NCBI RefSeq assembly: GCF_009914755.1
Contig: NC_060941.1
Direction: 5' to 3' (one strand)
DNA from: the human T2T-CHM13v2.0 reference genome, Homo sapiens
DNA: 64,000 bases
The notes below the pieces were generated by a model. That model saw only the letters and a list, made by a program, of their open reading frames with translations. It was not told the DNA's origin and did not search any database. How positions within the stretch are numbered: position 1 is the first letter of the stretch; every line of letters starts with the position of its first letter. Below are positions 13,801-46,141 of this stretch, one piece after another. Both the position numbers and the translations under genes were made by a program.

Positions 13801-16622
13801 CAAGCGAGCACTTTAGGATCCAGAGAACTTAGGTTGTTGTCTTTCTTCTTTAGGAGAAGCTCGGCACAGTGACAGAGGCACCCAGGGCTCAGCAAGCTCA
13901 TGGCCCAGCTTGTTGGACTCAGAGGGCAGAAGAATCACATTCTAAACATGATAAGGTATAGCCAGCAGGAGGCAGATTCCCAGATTGATTCTCCAGAGCC
14001 TTGTAGGTCCCAAGGGTGCCTATGACACCAATGGGAATCTGAACCAACACAGACAGCACAGTCTTCTTAGGAGACCCTAGTGCAGCAGCGCTGGCCTCCT
14101 CCTGAGCGTGCACGCTTATATGGCTTCTGAGCTGGCCAGGCTACTTCATGCATTTGGTTTAATGGGTCCTCGTAAGGCAGGAGAATCTTCTTGAACTTGG
14201 AGTTGGGTCTGTGGTCCATTGGTCAGTACTTTGTTCAGAGGCACTGAGGGTGGGAAGGCTCATGGAGCTGGATTCTGCTGCTGGGAAGCTGGGTGGGCCT
14301 TGTTTGTGGGCCTCAGGTTCAGGACTGAATGAGAGTCCTCTTGTTGCGAGTTGAGGGTGTACTCTGGGCATGCCATGCCCTTTTTTTGTACTAAGAGGGT
14401 AGAAAAGCAAAGACCAGACTAGTTGGCAAATTGGAACCCAACTACCCAGTTTATTTATTTCTTAGGCGTAGAAGGAATAATTTAGGGGGAACTGAAGAGC
14501 CAACCTAAAGGAAAAAAATAAAATAAAGGGATAAAATACTTCCTGTGATTTTGCCCCATCATCTCTTTTCTTCCAGAGACGTGACTCAACAACCTCAACT
14601 GAGCCTGGCAGCACACACACCCCACACTCCTTTCCATCTCCAGGTTCACAAAAGCCACAAGAAGCCACGGGGAGGCTCCTGGCCTCTTACTTTACCTAAG
14701 GAGGCCCTGAAGTGGCAAGTGTGTTTCCCCTTGAAGAGCCATTGCATGTTTGGTGACTAACTTCCTGTGGCTTTGGGGTAGACATGGTAGACTCCTTGTG
14801 TGGGGATTGGGCCTCTGCAGTTGAGTCCATGAGAAGGGGTGGGTGTGGTATGGTGCGGAGCCTTGGGGAAGGGTGAGTGGGGGCTGGAGGGAGAGTTAAC
14901 GAATGGTCAGTCCCTGTATGATCAGCCAGCTGGCGGGTGAGGGAGGAGCTGATGTTTTCCTACAATCAGCACCCAGAAAGCTGTTCTCTAGAGGGAAAAT
15001 GTGAGGGCATTTTACAGTCCCATGTATTGTTACTAACACTCTTGAACACTGGTTTCCTGAGAGTCACTGCTACAAAGGGATTGTTGGTCCCCTGAGAGAC
15101 TGGCAGTCTCTATAGGGCTGCTGATTTATGACTGCGGCAGTCTCTATAGAGCCGCTGATTTATGACTGCAACCTGAAGTTGGTGTGGCAGTCCTCCAGGC
15201 GCGCCTCCCTGCCTGCTCCCAGCCTCCTCTTTGCCCACCTGATTGGCAGGGGGCAGTGGCTCGAAGAGATGGGTTGCTAAGCAGCCTGGCCTGGACGTGG
15301 TGCCCTGCCAGGTTGAATGAATAGCTGCAGTGTTCTGAGGAATGGGGAATTTGGCCTGTCCCAGCATCAGGAGGGACTTTCTGGAAAGGGGGCTAAAACT
15401 GAGTCTAGGTTCAGTGTGGGGAACTGGGTGGCCTTCCTGGCACCTTCCTTTTGGAGCCGTGGCGTGGTGTGCCATGTCTGTGTAAGTGGAGCCTGCGGAG
15501 CTCTGCACCTGTCCTCGAAAAGGTCTTGTTTCAGGGTCTTCCTGTCTCATCTCCTCCCTCACTCATCAGCAGGAAAAGACATGGCGTCCAGCAACTTTCT
15601 GTGAACTCTGCCTCTGCTGTTTTGATGATGAGCACGTGTGGCCCTTGAGATTGTTGATCTAACTGGCTTTGAGGGGCTGGGTGTCAGCAACCCAGAAATG
15701 GGGGAAACAGGTGTGTTCTTGCCATTTTACACTTGAGACAATGGAGGCAAGGGAAGACTTGTGACGGAGGGCTTGGACCGTGGCTTTCTCAGCATTGATT
15801 TTGGTTTAGATGAAACATTTACTACAGAACAGTGAAATCCAGAAAACGTCTAAGAAGCCTTTGCTCTCAGGTTTCTGCAGGACATGTGGATGTAGCTGTC
15901 ATGGGACACTGTTTGCATTAGGGATTGGAGGAAGCTTTTCTTTGGAGGGAGTATAAAGCCAGTGTAAAGGGAGCTGAGAGCCAGAGAGAGGCTTCCTTGA
16001 GCCTGGGGCCTCTCTGGGATCCCCATTCTGCCACTTATTAAAGGTTTGCTGCATGCTTGCTCTGAGGTTCCATGAGCTGCCCCTTTATCCTCATGATGAA
16101 GCCTCCCTTCTTTGAACTAAAAATAAGAAGAGTATCTTGGGAGCAGCTAGTCTGCATTTTCATCTCGGGAGTCTGCTGTTACAAAGCAGTCACCTCTTGC
16201 TTCCTTGGTACCAGCGGTAGAGGTGGTGATGTCTGGGCTGGCCGGGCCCTTGAGCTCTGCACTCCATTCAGGCAAGCTTCCTCAGACCCAGGGGAGAGCA
16301 ACAGGCAGGGTATACGTTGCCCAGTTGGCTGCAGCAGGCTTGCTGGCTTGTGTTCTCCTCAGCGATGGTGGGTTTGGTCACTGAAAAGGCATGGAGGAGA
16401 GACCGGCGTGGGGCTCGGGAGCATCCGGCTGCTGCGATGCGGGAAGAAGAGGGTTCGGAGGCTCGGGGGTGCCAGAGGCCCCTGAAGCATCAGCTTACCC
16501 TTAGTGTTCCTGGCAGTGCTTTTACTTTTTCTCCTTCCTTAAAAATCCTGAGTGGTCTCAGTAGAGAGTAGCTGGTTCAGGAGCCCCAGTCTTACCTCCT
16601 CGTATTTGTTTGTCTTTTGCAG

Positions 16623-29707
<13,085 letters not shown>

Positions 29708-31195
29708 CCTGAGGGGCCACCCTAGGACTTGAAAGGACCGTGCAGCCCAGTGACCACTGCCCAGTGGGAGGCGCCACTTTGTATATTTCAGGACTGGGAC
29801 CTACTCCCCAGATGCCACCTGAGAGGAGCTTCTGTTTGGCATTCCAGATGGAAGGACAGGCAGCACGGGAGCCAGGCGCTGTGGACAGGGTCTGTCCACG
29901 CACCACCTGGGGTCTGCCGCCTATTAAAAGTGCCGTATTCTTACCTCTTGGCATCTCAGATGCACTGGCCTCTCCTGCATTCTGTTTGCAGGCAAATGCT
30001 TCAGCTCACATGTCCCCCAAGACTCAATAGTCTTGGTTGGGACTATTGCCTCAGGGTTGACAACAGGGTGATGGAGGCCTGGGACGCTGTTCAGAGGGGT
30101 GACCCAAGAAGTCACCGTTGTTATCCGTGTATGCCTCTGGGCATGGACAGGCGGGAGTCCCCGAGCCCCACGTATGCCCCATCTGCCGCCTTGATCCCAA
30201 AACCCAGCCAGTTCTCGGGTGATGGTGGAGCTGTGCTCCCTTGAGTGCACTTGAGCACTCCCCAGACCAGATCACTTTTTGGACACACCCAGGAAGGCTT
30301 TTGAAGTCAAGCCAGTTTCCAGAAGGGCTGGGGTGAGATCCTGACCTGTGCAGAGAGTGGGGAGGCGTCAGCGCCTGGCCAGGGCTGCCCCAGTCCTTTG
30401 GTGCCCGGTGAGCGCAGCCAGCAGGAGCTGAGCAGCGGGGGAGATGAATCACCTCCTGCCTTGGCGAGGCGGCAGCTCATTGTTTACAGGCAAGCCCTGC
30501 TCCTGGGAGGGCTCCTGCCACCCCACCCTTCCTCTGTGTGTTATCTCTGCCCCACAGCAGCCCCTGGGCAGCACCAGTGGCCACTGGGCTCCCCCCGGGG
30601 TTGAAACGGGTTTCCCAGACCAGGGGTTCAGAGGAGACTATTTACCCTTCATGATCTTTGGCGATTCTCCACTGGAGCGGAAGGGCTGTGTGTCAAAAGA
30701 AGGAAGCCAGGCTGTGAAGGGCCGTGTTGCTTTCAGTGGGTGGGCAGAGGTTTAGAAAGGTGGTTCTGAAATGGCACCTGGTACTCTTGTGGGACCTGGG
30801 GAATATAAGGAACTCTGTGCATGAGGTTTCAAAAATAAAAATTGAGTCCACTCTCCCCGTACACACACACTCGGGCACTTCAGGAGGTCAGTTCTCACCC
30901 CTTCCTCGATGGGGCTTTAAAGCTCTGGGGAGAAGAGCTGCTCCCCACTCATGCCCCAGAGGGACTGTGAAAAGGCTTCCTGTGACCTCCGATGGCGGCC
31001 CCTCATTGGCCAAGGGCACTGTGGATGTTTTGTGGGAGGCAGCATGGCACCGTGGAAAGGGCAGTAGACGTGGAGCCGGCACCTCTGGTCTGGATTCCAC
31101 TTAAAACCAGTTGAGTGGTCTCAAGCCCTTAACCTCTGTAAGCCTGTTTCTTCTCTGAAATCACAGTAATAAAGCGTCGTAAGATGGTTGGGAAG
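29708..31195 (+). other. SAP30BP: SAP30BP 3' UTR with tandem poly(A) signals
   Basis: ATTAAA 29923-29928, AATAAA 30834-30839 and AATAAA 31168-31173; the last is followed by GT/T-rich sequence (gtgttttttgttgg ~31247). The end coordinate is approximate. Confidence 0.65.
31168..31173 (+). terminator. Likely distal polyadenylation signal of SAP30BP
   Basis: AATAAA with a downstream U/GU-rich element. Confidence 0.6.
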
Positions 31196-32311
31196 AACCA
31201 GAGGTGACTTATGCAAAAGCTTTATAAACTGTAAAGTTCCTGCCAGTGTTTTTTGTTGGCTAAATCCAATTTTTTTTTGTTGTAGACCAAGGAGAGAAGC
31301 AAACTCCTGGCCTGTCCCCCGTCTCGTGCTCTGTCGGCGGGGTAGGGTTTGGCAGGTCTTTCCCCTCCCCGCTTTCCTCTGGGCAGCCCTGGCGCTGCCA
31401 TTCATCTGTCCAGTTAAAGCAGTAATGACTGTCTCCTGCGGGGCCGCAGAGGTAGGGGGCCTGGAGAATGAACATAGGCTTAGAAGTTGGGCAACCCCAG
31501 GCCAAAACTGCTGCCCCACTTACCAGCCTCGTGAGTTGGGTCAAGGTTTTTAATCCTTCTAGACTTTCATTTACTCTTCTATAAAATGGTGCTTGCCCAC
31601 CTTAGTCACATCAAGGATGGCCCAGAGGTGTGTGAACAGTTCCTGTTGTGGGTGGATGGCCCAGGCACTAGGGGCCAAAGTTGTTTCTAACCAGTGTGTG
31701 TCTGCTCGCCAGAGAACAGTGTCCAAACTGAACTCTGTCCACGGCTCCTACTGTCCCCCACCCACACACCTGCTACCTCTCCCGAGGGCTCTGATCTTGG
31801 GTGGGCATCAGGATTCATTTAGCTTCCCACCTTGCACATGTAGTACCCCAAGATGTGTCTCAGGTTTGTATAATCCCCTCCTGACTCTGCTGGACAGGTA
31901 GGTGCTCCTTTCTCAACACTCACAGCACCCCCTTGCTTTTAGGATCACACTGAACTGCCGTGTAATCTCTGCCCACAAGCGGGATGAGACAGCTCATGTC
32001 TCCTAGTTCTTGTAAGCAGAAACAAAGCAGGCATAAATAACACTCTGCTCCAGTGCCTGGCATGAGATAAGTACACAGGTGGTTGGGGGAATGGAGGGAT
32101 GAAAGGAGAGGTGAGTTTGCTCATCTTCCAAAGGGGTGGTCTCTGCTCCTAGGGTCACTGAAATGAAAGTTTCCAGCCCCCAAGCCCTGTGCTCACAGCA
32201 TCACTCAAGCCTCCTAGGGCTCGATTTCCAAAGGGCTGCTGTCGATTGGTGATGCATTGACAATTATTGAGGTTCAGTGATAGGTACAGGAGTGTTCAAT
32301 ATTCTCTTTAA

Positions 32312-32440
<129 letters not shown>

Positions 32441-32837
32441 TGAGACCATCCTGGCTAACACGGCGAAACCCCGTCTCTACTAAAAATACAAAAAAAATTA
32501 GCTGGGTGTGGTGGTGGGTGCCTGTATTCCCAGCTACTCAGGAGGCTGAGGCAGGAGAATGGCGTGAACCCAGGAGGCGGAGCTTGCAGTGAACCGAGAT
32601 CGCGCCACTGCACTCCAGCCTGGGCGATAGAGTAAGACTCCATCTCAAAAAAAAAAAAAAAAGCCGGGCGTGGTGGCAGGTGCCTGTAATCCTAGCTACT
32701 TGGGAGGCTGAGGCAGGAGAATCGCTTGAACCCAGGAGGCGAAGGTTGCAGTGAGCCTAGATTGCGCCATTGCACTCCAGCCTGAGCGACAAGAGCAAAA
32801 CTCCCTCTCAGGGGCGGAGGGGGTTGGAAGGCTATTA

Positions 32838-33287
<450 letters not shown>

Positions 33288-33348
33288 CTACTAAAAATAC
33301 AAAAACTAGCCTGGTGTGATGGCAGGTGCTTATAATCCCAGCTACTCA

Positions 33349-33483
<135 letters not shown>

Positions 33484-33497
33484 TCATGGATAGATTA

Positions 33498-33884
<387 letters not shown>

Positions 33885-34445
33885 TTAAATAATAATAATA
33901 ATTGCCAGGCGTGGGGGCATGCACCTGTAGTTCCAGCTGCTCAGGTGGCTGAGATGGGAGGATCCCTTGAGCCCAGGAGTTGAAGGCTGCTGTGAGCCAA
34001 GATTTCACCACTGCATTCCAGCCTGAACCACAGCAAGACTCCATCTCTAAAAAATAATAATAGAAGAAGGAGCTACAAAAATAAAACCAAATAAATTAAG
34101 AAAAATCTCTAATATTAAATTTGAATGATTTGAATGAAGATATCAATATGAACTCAGGATTTAAGAAAAAGATACATTTCCTATCTGTCCATTGCAAGGA
34201 GCTAGGACCTCCTGCTTTGTATATGGTGAGTTAAAAAAAAAACAAAACCTGGAAGCAATGACAGACACCCTGGTAGCATCCAGCACACAGTATTCACATC
34301 GTGGTCTCTAATACCATTCCCCACTGAAAGGAACCAAGCCGGGGCCCCTTGGAGAAACAGCAGATCCTGAAATCTAAGTAGGACTGGGGCAGTTCTAGAA
34401 AGCAGGGAAGACACGGAAGTCAGATCAAAATGTCAAAAAAGCTAG

Positions 34446-34763
<318 letters not shown>

Positions 34764-34969
34764 TGATCCACCCTCCTTGGTTTTCCAAAGTGCTGGGATT
34801 ACAGGCGTGAGCCACTGCACCTGGCCTACGATGAATTGTAAACTATTGAGCAAATAAAAATTCTTTCATTCACAGTGATAATTTGAAAAAAAAATGTATT
34901 TGCCACCATTAGACTTGAATATATCTACTCCTTACTCTGAAATTGATAATTAGGTGAGAAGAATTAACC

Positions 34970-36272
<1,303 letters not shown>

Positions 36273-36696
36273 TAGAGACGGGGTTTCACCGTGTTAGCCA
36301 GGATGATCTCCATCTCCTGATCTCGTGATCCACCTGTCTCGGCCCCCCAAAGTGCTGGGATTATAGGCATGAGCCACCATACCCGGCCCATCTTTTTTAA
36401 AAAAAAATATTTTGGGTTGCTGTGTAATAGTAATTTTTTAAAGTTTCTATAACTCAAAACTTTATTTAAAAAAGCATTTACCCTGCATTTTTAGGGGAAC
36501 ATAGTTCATTCCCAGTTGATTAAAGGAAGCTCTATTTTTTTTTTAATCAGAAAGACACTTATTAAATGTAGAAAGGAGCTGGGCACAATGGCTCACACCT
36601 GTAATCCCAGCACTTTGGGAGGCTGAGATGGGAAGATCACCTGAGATCAGGAGCTCAAGACCAGCCTGGCCAAATGTCGAAACACCGACTCTACTA

Positions 36697-37240
<544 letters not shown>

Positions 37241-37301
37241 TTAAAATGTAGAAAGGAAGGTAGAAACAGAAAATTGCAATTTTTCAGCCCCAAAAATGAT
37301 A

Positions 37302-37532
37302 CAGGTGCCCTTAGACTTATAATAGGGTTATGTCCAGATAAACCCATTGTAAGTCAAAAATGTAAGTGGAAGATGCATTTAATACCCTGATAAATCCATA
37401 GTAAAGTAAAAAAAATCTTAAGTCAAATCATTGTAAGTCCAAATGCTCAACTTATGATAATGTTACATCCCAATAAACCCCATCTTAAAGTTAAAAAATT
37501 CTAAATCAAACCATCTAGGTTGGGGACAGTCT
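37302..37532 (+). mobile_element. MER47/Tigger5-like fragment
   Basis: caggtgcccttagactta...gataaacccattgtaagtc...ggggacagtct. Confidence 0.6.
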
Positions 37533-37635
37533 AATTGATTCAAGCCAGGGTCACCAATGAGTGCTAAAACGATTCAGTGAAAGCTTGTTGGGAAACGGAC
37601 AGGGAGACAAAGCATCATCCTCCTCCCCTAGATAA

Positions 37636-38109
<474 letters not shown>

Positions 38110-38512
38110 TAGTCATGAGCCACAACGCCGAGACTTTTTTTTTTTTTAGTAGAGACGAGATTTCCTCATGTTGACCAGGATTGTCTTGAACTCCTGGCTT
38201 CAAGTGATCCACCTGTCTTGGCCTCCCAAAGTGCTGGGATTACAGACGTGAGCCACCGTGCCCGGCTTATTGTTTAATTTAATTTTTTTTTCTTTTAGAG
38301 AGACAAGATATCACTCTGTCTCCCAGGCTAGAGTGCCGTGGCTTGATAGCTCACTGCAGCCTCGAACTCCTGGGCTCAAGGGATCCTTTTGCCTTACCTC
38401 ACAGGTGCACGGCACCACACCCAGCCAATTTTATTTTTATTTTTTGCAGAGCCGGGGCCTCCCTGTGCTGCCCAGACTAGCTTTGCACTGCTGTCCTCAA
38501 GCGATCCTCTAG

Positions 38513-38764
<252 letters not shown>

Positions 38765-39488
38765 TAGCCAGGATGGTCTTGATCTCCTGACCTCGTGATC
38801 TGCTCACCTCGGCCTCCCAAAGTGCTGGGATTACAGGTAGATTACTTTTTTTTGTTTTTTTTGAGACAGTGTCTCGCTCTGTCGCCCATGTTGGTGTGCA
38901 GTGGCGCGATCTCGGTTCACTGCAAGCTCCACCTCCCGGGTTCACGCCATTCTCCTGCCTCAGCCTCCTGAGTAGCTGGGACTACAGGCGCCCGCCACCA
39001 CGCCCGGCTAATTTTTTGTATTTTTAGTAGAGACGGGGTTTCACCATGTTAGCCAGGATGGTCTCGATCTCCTGACCTCATGTTCCACCCACCTCAGCCT
39101 CCCAAAGTGCTAGGATTACAGGCATGAGCCACCGCACCCGGCTACAGGTAGATTACTTCTTAATCACAAAGTGAAAATTGGTATTTTTACGTTGGGAGAG
39201 ATGGCAGTCACTTCCTTAACCAAGTGATTGGCTTAAGCATCACTACTAGGCACCTGGCATCAATTGCCACCTGCAAACCACACAGCACCACCTGTGACCA
39301 TCCTTGCCAAAAATATTTAACTTAACTCTAATCTGACCTTTAGCCCTATACCTCAGTTTACAAGGGGCTGAAAGAAAGGCCCAGCGACACCATGAGGAAG
39401 CATTCCAGAAGGAAGCTTCCCATGAGGAAGACAAGTCAAGAAAGGGGAGCATTCTGCAGGACAGCTGGCCCAACTCCTTAAAAGGTCA

Positions 39489-40054
<566 letters not shown>

Positions 40055-40394
40055 CTACAGCTTGGGCGACAGAGCGAGACTCTGTCTCAAAAAAAAAAAA
40101 AAAAGTAATGTAGGGCAGGGGATGGGATGGTGAGGGTTCTATTTTAGAATGACAAAGAGACAAAACAATCAAATGCAATAGGTGGCATGGATTGGACTCA
40201 AATTCAAAAGGAAACCTTTATAATAGACATTTTGGAGTCAACTAAGAAAATTTGAATATGGACTGAATCACACATCATTTAATGGAGACATTATTTCCTT
40301 AGGTGTGAAAAGGGGCCGGGCTCAGTGGCTCACACCTGTAATCCCAGCATTTTGGGAGGCCAAGGCGGGCAGATCACCTGAGGTCAGGAGTTCA

Positions 40395-40746
<352 letters not shown>

Positions 40747-40797
40747 TTATTCTTGAGTCTAGTTGGTAAAAATACGGGTGATTTTTGTATTCTTTCA

Positions 40798-40938
<141 letters not shown>

Positions 40939-41951
40939 TTATCCAGGATTTGTGGCACACACCTGTAGTCTCAGCTACTCAGGAAGCTGAGGTGGGAGGA
41001 TCACTGGAGCCCAGGAGGTTGAGGCTGCAGGGAGCCTCGATCGTGGCACTGCCCTCCAGCCTAGGCAGCAGAGTAAGACCCTGTCTCAAAAAAGAGGGGG
41101 CCTATTGAGCAACCCCTTGGCTCTGAGGAGAAAACAAACCCCAGGATTCTGCACCGGAGAGGCCTCTGCCCCCAGTCTGAACATGTGGTTGATGCGGGCT
41201 CTCCAGACAGGTCACTGGACTCTTTCCACCACACATCCCCTGTCTATTTATTCTTTAACTTGTTCTTTTATAAAACAGGTGCCAATCTACCAATAAGTAA
41301 TGTACATTCTCAAGTATAAGAATAGGGGCTCAGGGCTGGGCGCAATGACTCACGCCTGTAATCCCAACACTTTGGGAGGACAAGGCAGACGGATCACCTG
41401 AAGTCAGGAGTTCAAGACCAGCCTGGTCAACATGGTGAAACCCCATGTCTACTAAAAATACAAAAATTAGCTGGGCATGGTGGTGCGTGCCTGTAATCCC
41501 AGCTACTCAGGAGGCTGAGGCAGGAGAATCGCTTGAACCCAGGAGGCAGAGTTGCAGTGAGCCGAGATTGCACCACTGCACTCCAGCCTGGACGACAGAG
41601 TGAGACTCCATCTCAAAAGAAAAAAAAAAAAAAGAATAGGGTCTCAGCTAGCACCTACCTCGAGAATACTCAGCCTACTTTGGAGACCCCTGGTTTGAAC
41701 TGGGAGTGAAGGAAGCAGGCCGTAGTTCTCGTTCATCTTGGTATCCCCAGCATTTGGCATAGGAGCTCATTAACTGCTCATAAAATGAATAAATAATTGA
41801 ACTAATGAATGAACAAGTCTGACCTACTGGAGGCCACATGAGGAGTGCAGGGGAGTGGAGGAGCAACAATCCAAGGTCCTTGGGCTCGGTCCTGTTCCAG
41901 GGGCCTCACCTCTCTTGCAGAGCCTAGGAAGCCCCCTATGAGCCAACCTCA

Positions 41952-42326
<375 letters not shown>

Positions 42327-43295
42327 TTAAACTTCTGGGGCCAGTAACCTATTTGGGAATCCAGTGTAAGCTAAGGCTCCCCTCCCAGCAAACCCACATT
42401 CTGAAATCAGATACTCCTCAAAGTTTGCACAAGATCTGAGATGGTTCAGGGACTCCCCACTGCCAAGTCCACATGCGGGCTCCAGGTAATGAACCCCAGG
42501 ACTCCGAGAAGCCAAGGAAGCTCATGGCTTATCTTACTTAGTGAGACCTCCCTGGGTTGACATCTCGCCTCTCAGCTGCTACAGGGCTCCAGGCCCCCTA
42601 GTCATTTTCAGAAGGGTTTGCAATGAAGAGAGGAAGGGGCTGCTGAGCCCAGTGGTCTGGGGCATCGCCAGCTCTGGACCTGGGTCTTCTCTAGGAAGAA
42701 GCCTCAGCCCCCACCCACAGTGGGGTGTATATGACCCCCTAGTTCTCTAATGGGTGCTGCTGGCAGACCCAGGCCCCTCAGGCAAGCTGTTTTTGGCCGT
42801 TCTCTGAGCTCCTGCTCCATGTTTCTGTTTTTTGGGGTGGATAGGTACCTGCTGGAGTGACTCAGGTCCACAGGGCACTTGTGCTGGCCTGACACACACA
42901 GATCTGAGTGCTTCAACCAAACTGGGACTCCTTCCACATTGTTCCCAAATCCAGGAGCAAGCCTCTCTGAACACTTTCTCTGTGCAGAACAGCTCTCAGA
43001 TGACCAGGAAAGGTGGCGACTCACACATTTGCAACCAGCACCCCTGCAATCACTCTGAGAGGTAGCAGTGGAGGAATCTGTTTACAGATGACAGCATGGA
43101 GGCTCAGGGAGGCTGTGTGACCATCCCATTCACTCAACCACCCTTTTATTGAGCACCTGCTATGCACCAGGCATGGTGCTAGGTGCTAGAGAGTAGCTGC
43201 CCTTGGAGTCACAGTCCAACAGTGTGGCGAGATTCCTAAACATCATTTCAAACCAATGTGGCAAATGCCATGTAAAAGCCATGGCCCAAGGGTTA

Positions 43296-43895
<600 letters not shown>

Positions 43896-44149
43896 TCAGA
43901 GGACTGACGGGAGGGAGGGGCCAGCTCTGTAACCAGCTTGTTAAGAACAACTGTAACAAGGCATCGAGTGCCAATCCATGCCAGGTCGGCACTGACCTCT
44001 CCAGGGTATCACTGTTCACACTGTAAGGAGATTTAAGTAGCTTGTTGAAGGGTGCACCGAGGACCCGACCCTTCCTCGGCTCTCCCTCTGGATACAACGT
44101 GAGGTTAGGGGTTGGAGGCTGAGAGGACCCCGTGAACTGCAGAGCAGAG

Positions 44150-45070
44150 CTGGGACGGGGAGTCAGGCCTCCCGACCGGGCCGGGGGCACTCCCTGGGCC
44201 CATGCCTCGCGCTGGCACGGAGAGCGGGGAGGGGGGTACGCGGCTGACGACCGTCGGGGCAGCAGCAGCAGCACAGCCCGGCGTTGGCTAGCGGCCCAGA
44301 GTCGGGGCAGGGAGGGTTCCCGTGCGGACGGGGGCTAAGAGGCCGCCTCCAGCCCGGGGCAGTCCGTGCACCCGAGCCTGGAGCCCGGAGCCTGGAGGGG
44401 TGGGGAGGCCCCGCGCCCAGGGCCGGACCGGAGGGAGAGGGAGAGCGGTGGCTCCTCCCCCGGCCCCCGCCGCTAGCCGATCGGGGCGCTGGGCGGGCGC
44501 CGCGGGAGCCGCAGCCCTTTCCGGGGGGCGGACCCGGCTCCGGCGGCGGCACCCAGCTCCTGCCCCGACAGGTGCGCGCCGCGCGAAGGAATGCAGCCGG
44601 TCTGACTCACCAGCGCCTCCTTCCTACCTGCGCGCCCGCCCCATAAAGCGCTGCCCGCCTCGTCCCCACCCCCCCAACCCCCGCGCCCGCCCTCGGACAG
44701 TCCCTGCTCGCCCGCGCGCTGCAGCCCCATCTCCTAGCGGCAGCCCAGGCGCGGAGGGAGCGAGTCCGCCCCGAGGTAGGTCCAGGACGGGCGCACAGCA
44801 GCAGCCGAGGCTGGCCGGGAGAGGGTGAGTGCCCGCCCCAGCTGGGCAGCCGCGCAGGGGAGCTGGTCGGGCAGGGCCGGTGGCTTTTGTCTCCCCTTCC
44901 CCTCCCTGAAGGCTGACAGGCCCCGGTCCCTCTGTCCACGCTGCGCAGGACAGGTGCCCAGCCTCCCCGGGGTGCGCCGGGGGCAGCTGGCAGCCAAGGG
45001 GCAGGGCAGCTAGAGAAGGGTGGTGCCCATCAGACCTCCAGGCCAGAGGAGCGCCTTGGGTGCGCCTGCG
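44150..45070. promoter_or_regulatory. ITGB4: CpG island / ITGB4 promoter
   Basis: Very GC- and CpG-dense, with GC boxes (GGGCGG/CCGCCC). E-box CAGGTG 44569-44574, TEAD-like GGAATG 44588-44593, AP-1 TGACTCA 44603-44609, Ets core TTCCT ~44621 and TATA-like CATAAA 44642-44647 lie just upstream of exon 1. Confidence 0.9.
44670..44824 (+). other. ITGB4: ITGB4 non-coding exon 1 (5' UTR; start approximate)
   Basis: ATG-free GC-rich stretch starting ~25 nt after CATAAA and ending at the strong donor GAGG|gtgagt. Confidence 0.8.
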
Positions 45071-45155
45071 GGAGAAGTGGGCAGAGGCCAGTGGCTGGTA
45101 GCCCTCTGGGGCTGGGCCCCTCCAGGGTTTGCAAAGAAGGTGGAGTAGACACCAG

Positions 45156-45261
45156 CCTGAGTGCTGGGCCCAGCCCATCATGGCGCATCTAATGATAAAC
45201 CAACATTCCTGACTTTTATGTGAAATTTCGTTCTTTCTAACATTGGCTCCTACTTTTAAAA
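45156..45261 (+). repeat. 106-bp direct repeat, copy 1 (ITGB4 intron 1)
   Basis: Aligns without net indel to 46142-46247. Confidence 0.9.
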
Positions 45262-45967
45262 GCCACCCTGAGAGGCAGACGCCATCCCGGCTCCAGGCAG
45301 GGCTTGCTCTATGCGGTGCCACAGTCCATCTGGGGCTGGGGAGTCCCTGATTTTCCTTTTCTCTTGGCCAAGCACAGGCCTGCCTTCCTCCCAAAGTCAG
45401 CCCCAGGCGCCTTCCTTCAGGAAGCTCTACAGGCCTCACCCACCAGCCCCAGGGCTGTGCCCAACACTGCCACCTCCTGCAGCATCCGCCCTCTTTCCCA
45501 TGGCTCAGCCTCTGGGGTGGCCCTCTGGCTGGGACTGGGGCTCTGGGGCTCCTGGTGACTCCCAGGAGCAGGGACAGGGCTTCTCCTCTGCCCCCATGGC
45601 CTTGCCACACCCTGAGGACAAGGACCAGGCACAGGTGGCATGGTTGTTGCTGTCCGAAACAGAGCTGGCAGTGAAGGCTTGGAGTCTCCATCCTGGGGGC
45701 TGAGGGAAGGACAGCAGGAGGGACAGGAGGGGAGGTATGTCTGTCTACTCGACCCTGATTTCTCAGGGAGACAGAACAGCCAAGGGCCTGGGGTCCCCAG
45801 ACTTCTGGCCAGCTGCCTCTCTGGGGCGAGGAAGGGCCTGGGTCCCTGAGGGGAGGAGATGTGACAGCGGGAGAGGATAGTGGACAGGAGCAGGTGTGCC
45901 CAGAGGGGTCCCCAGGGGTTGGGATGGGGGCCAGGGGAGCTCTGAGCCTGTGGGTGGGTGGGCATGG

Positions 45968-45969
<2 letters not shown>

Positions 45970-46010
<41 letters not shown>
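45970..46010. repeat. (GT)n microsatellite
   Basis: About 20 units. Confidence 0.95.
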
Positions 46011-46014
<4 letters not shown>

Positions 46015-46141
46015 GTGGGGGGGAAACTGCCTGTGCTGCAGTGTGATGGCATTCAGGGTGGCAGTCACACACTCCAGGGACCTGCTGGTACATAAAGTCG
46101 GGGCAGCCTGGTGGGGTCCGGGCCGCCTGGAGAGTAGGTGT

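Noticed and set aside
14555-14725. Two strong acceptor-like sites (14576, 14643) in the long intron
   Set aside because: Only weak donors follow, and such decoys are common.
45190-45272. snoRNA-like reading of intron-1 repeat copy 1 (ATGATAA...CTGA...CTGA)
   Set aside because: The C box is imperfect, there is no terminal stem, and both CTGA boxes are absent in copy 2.
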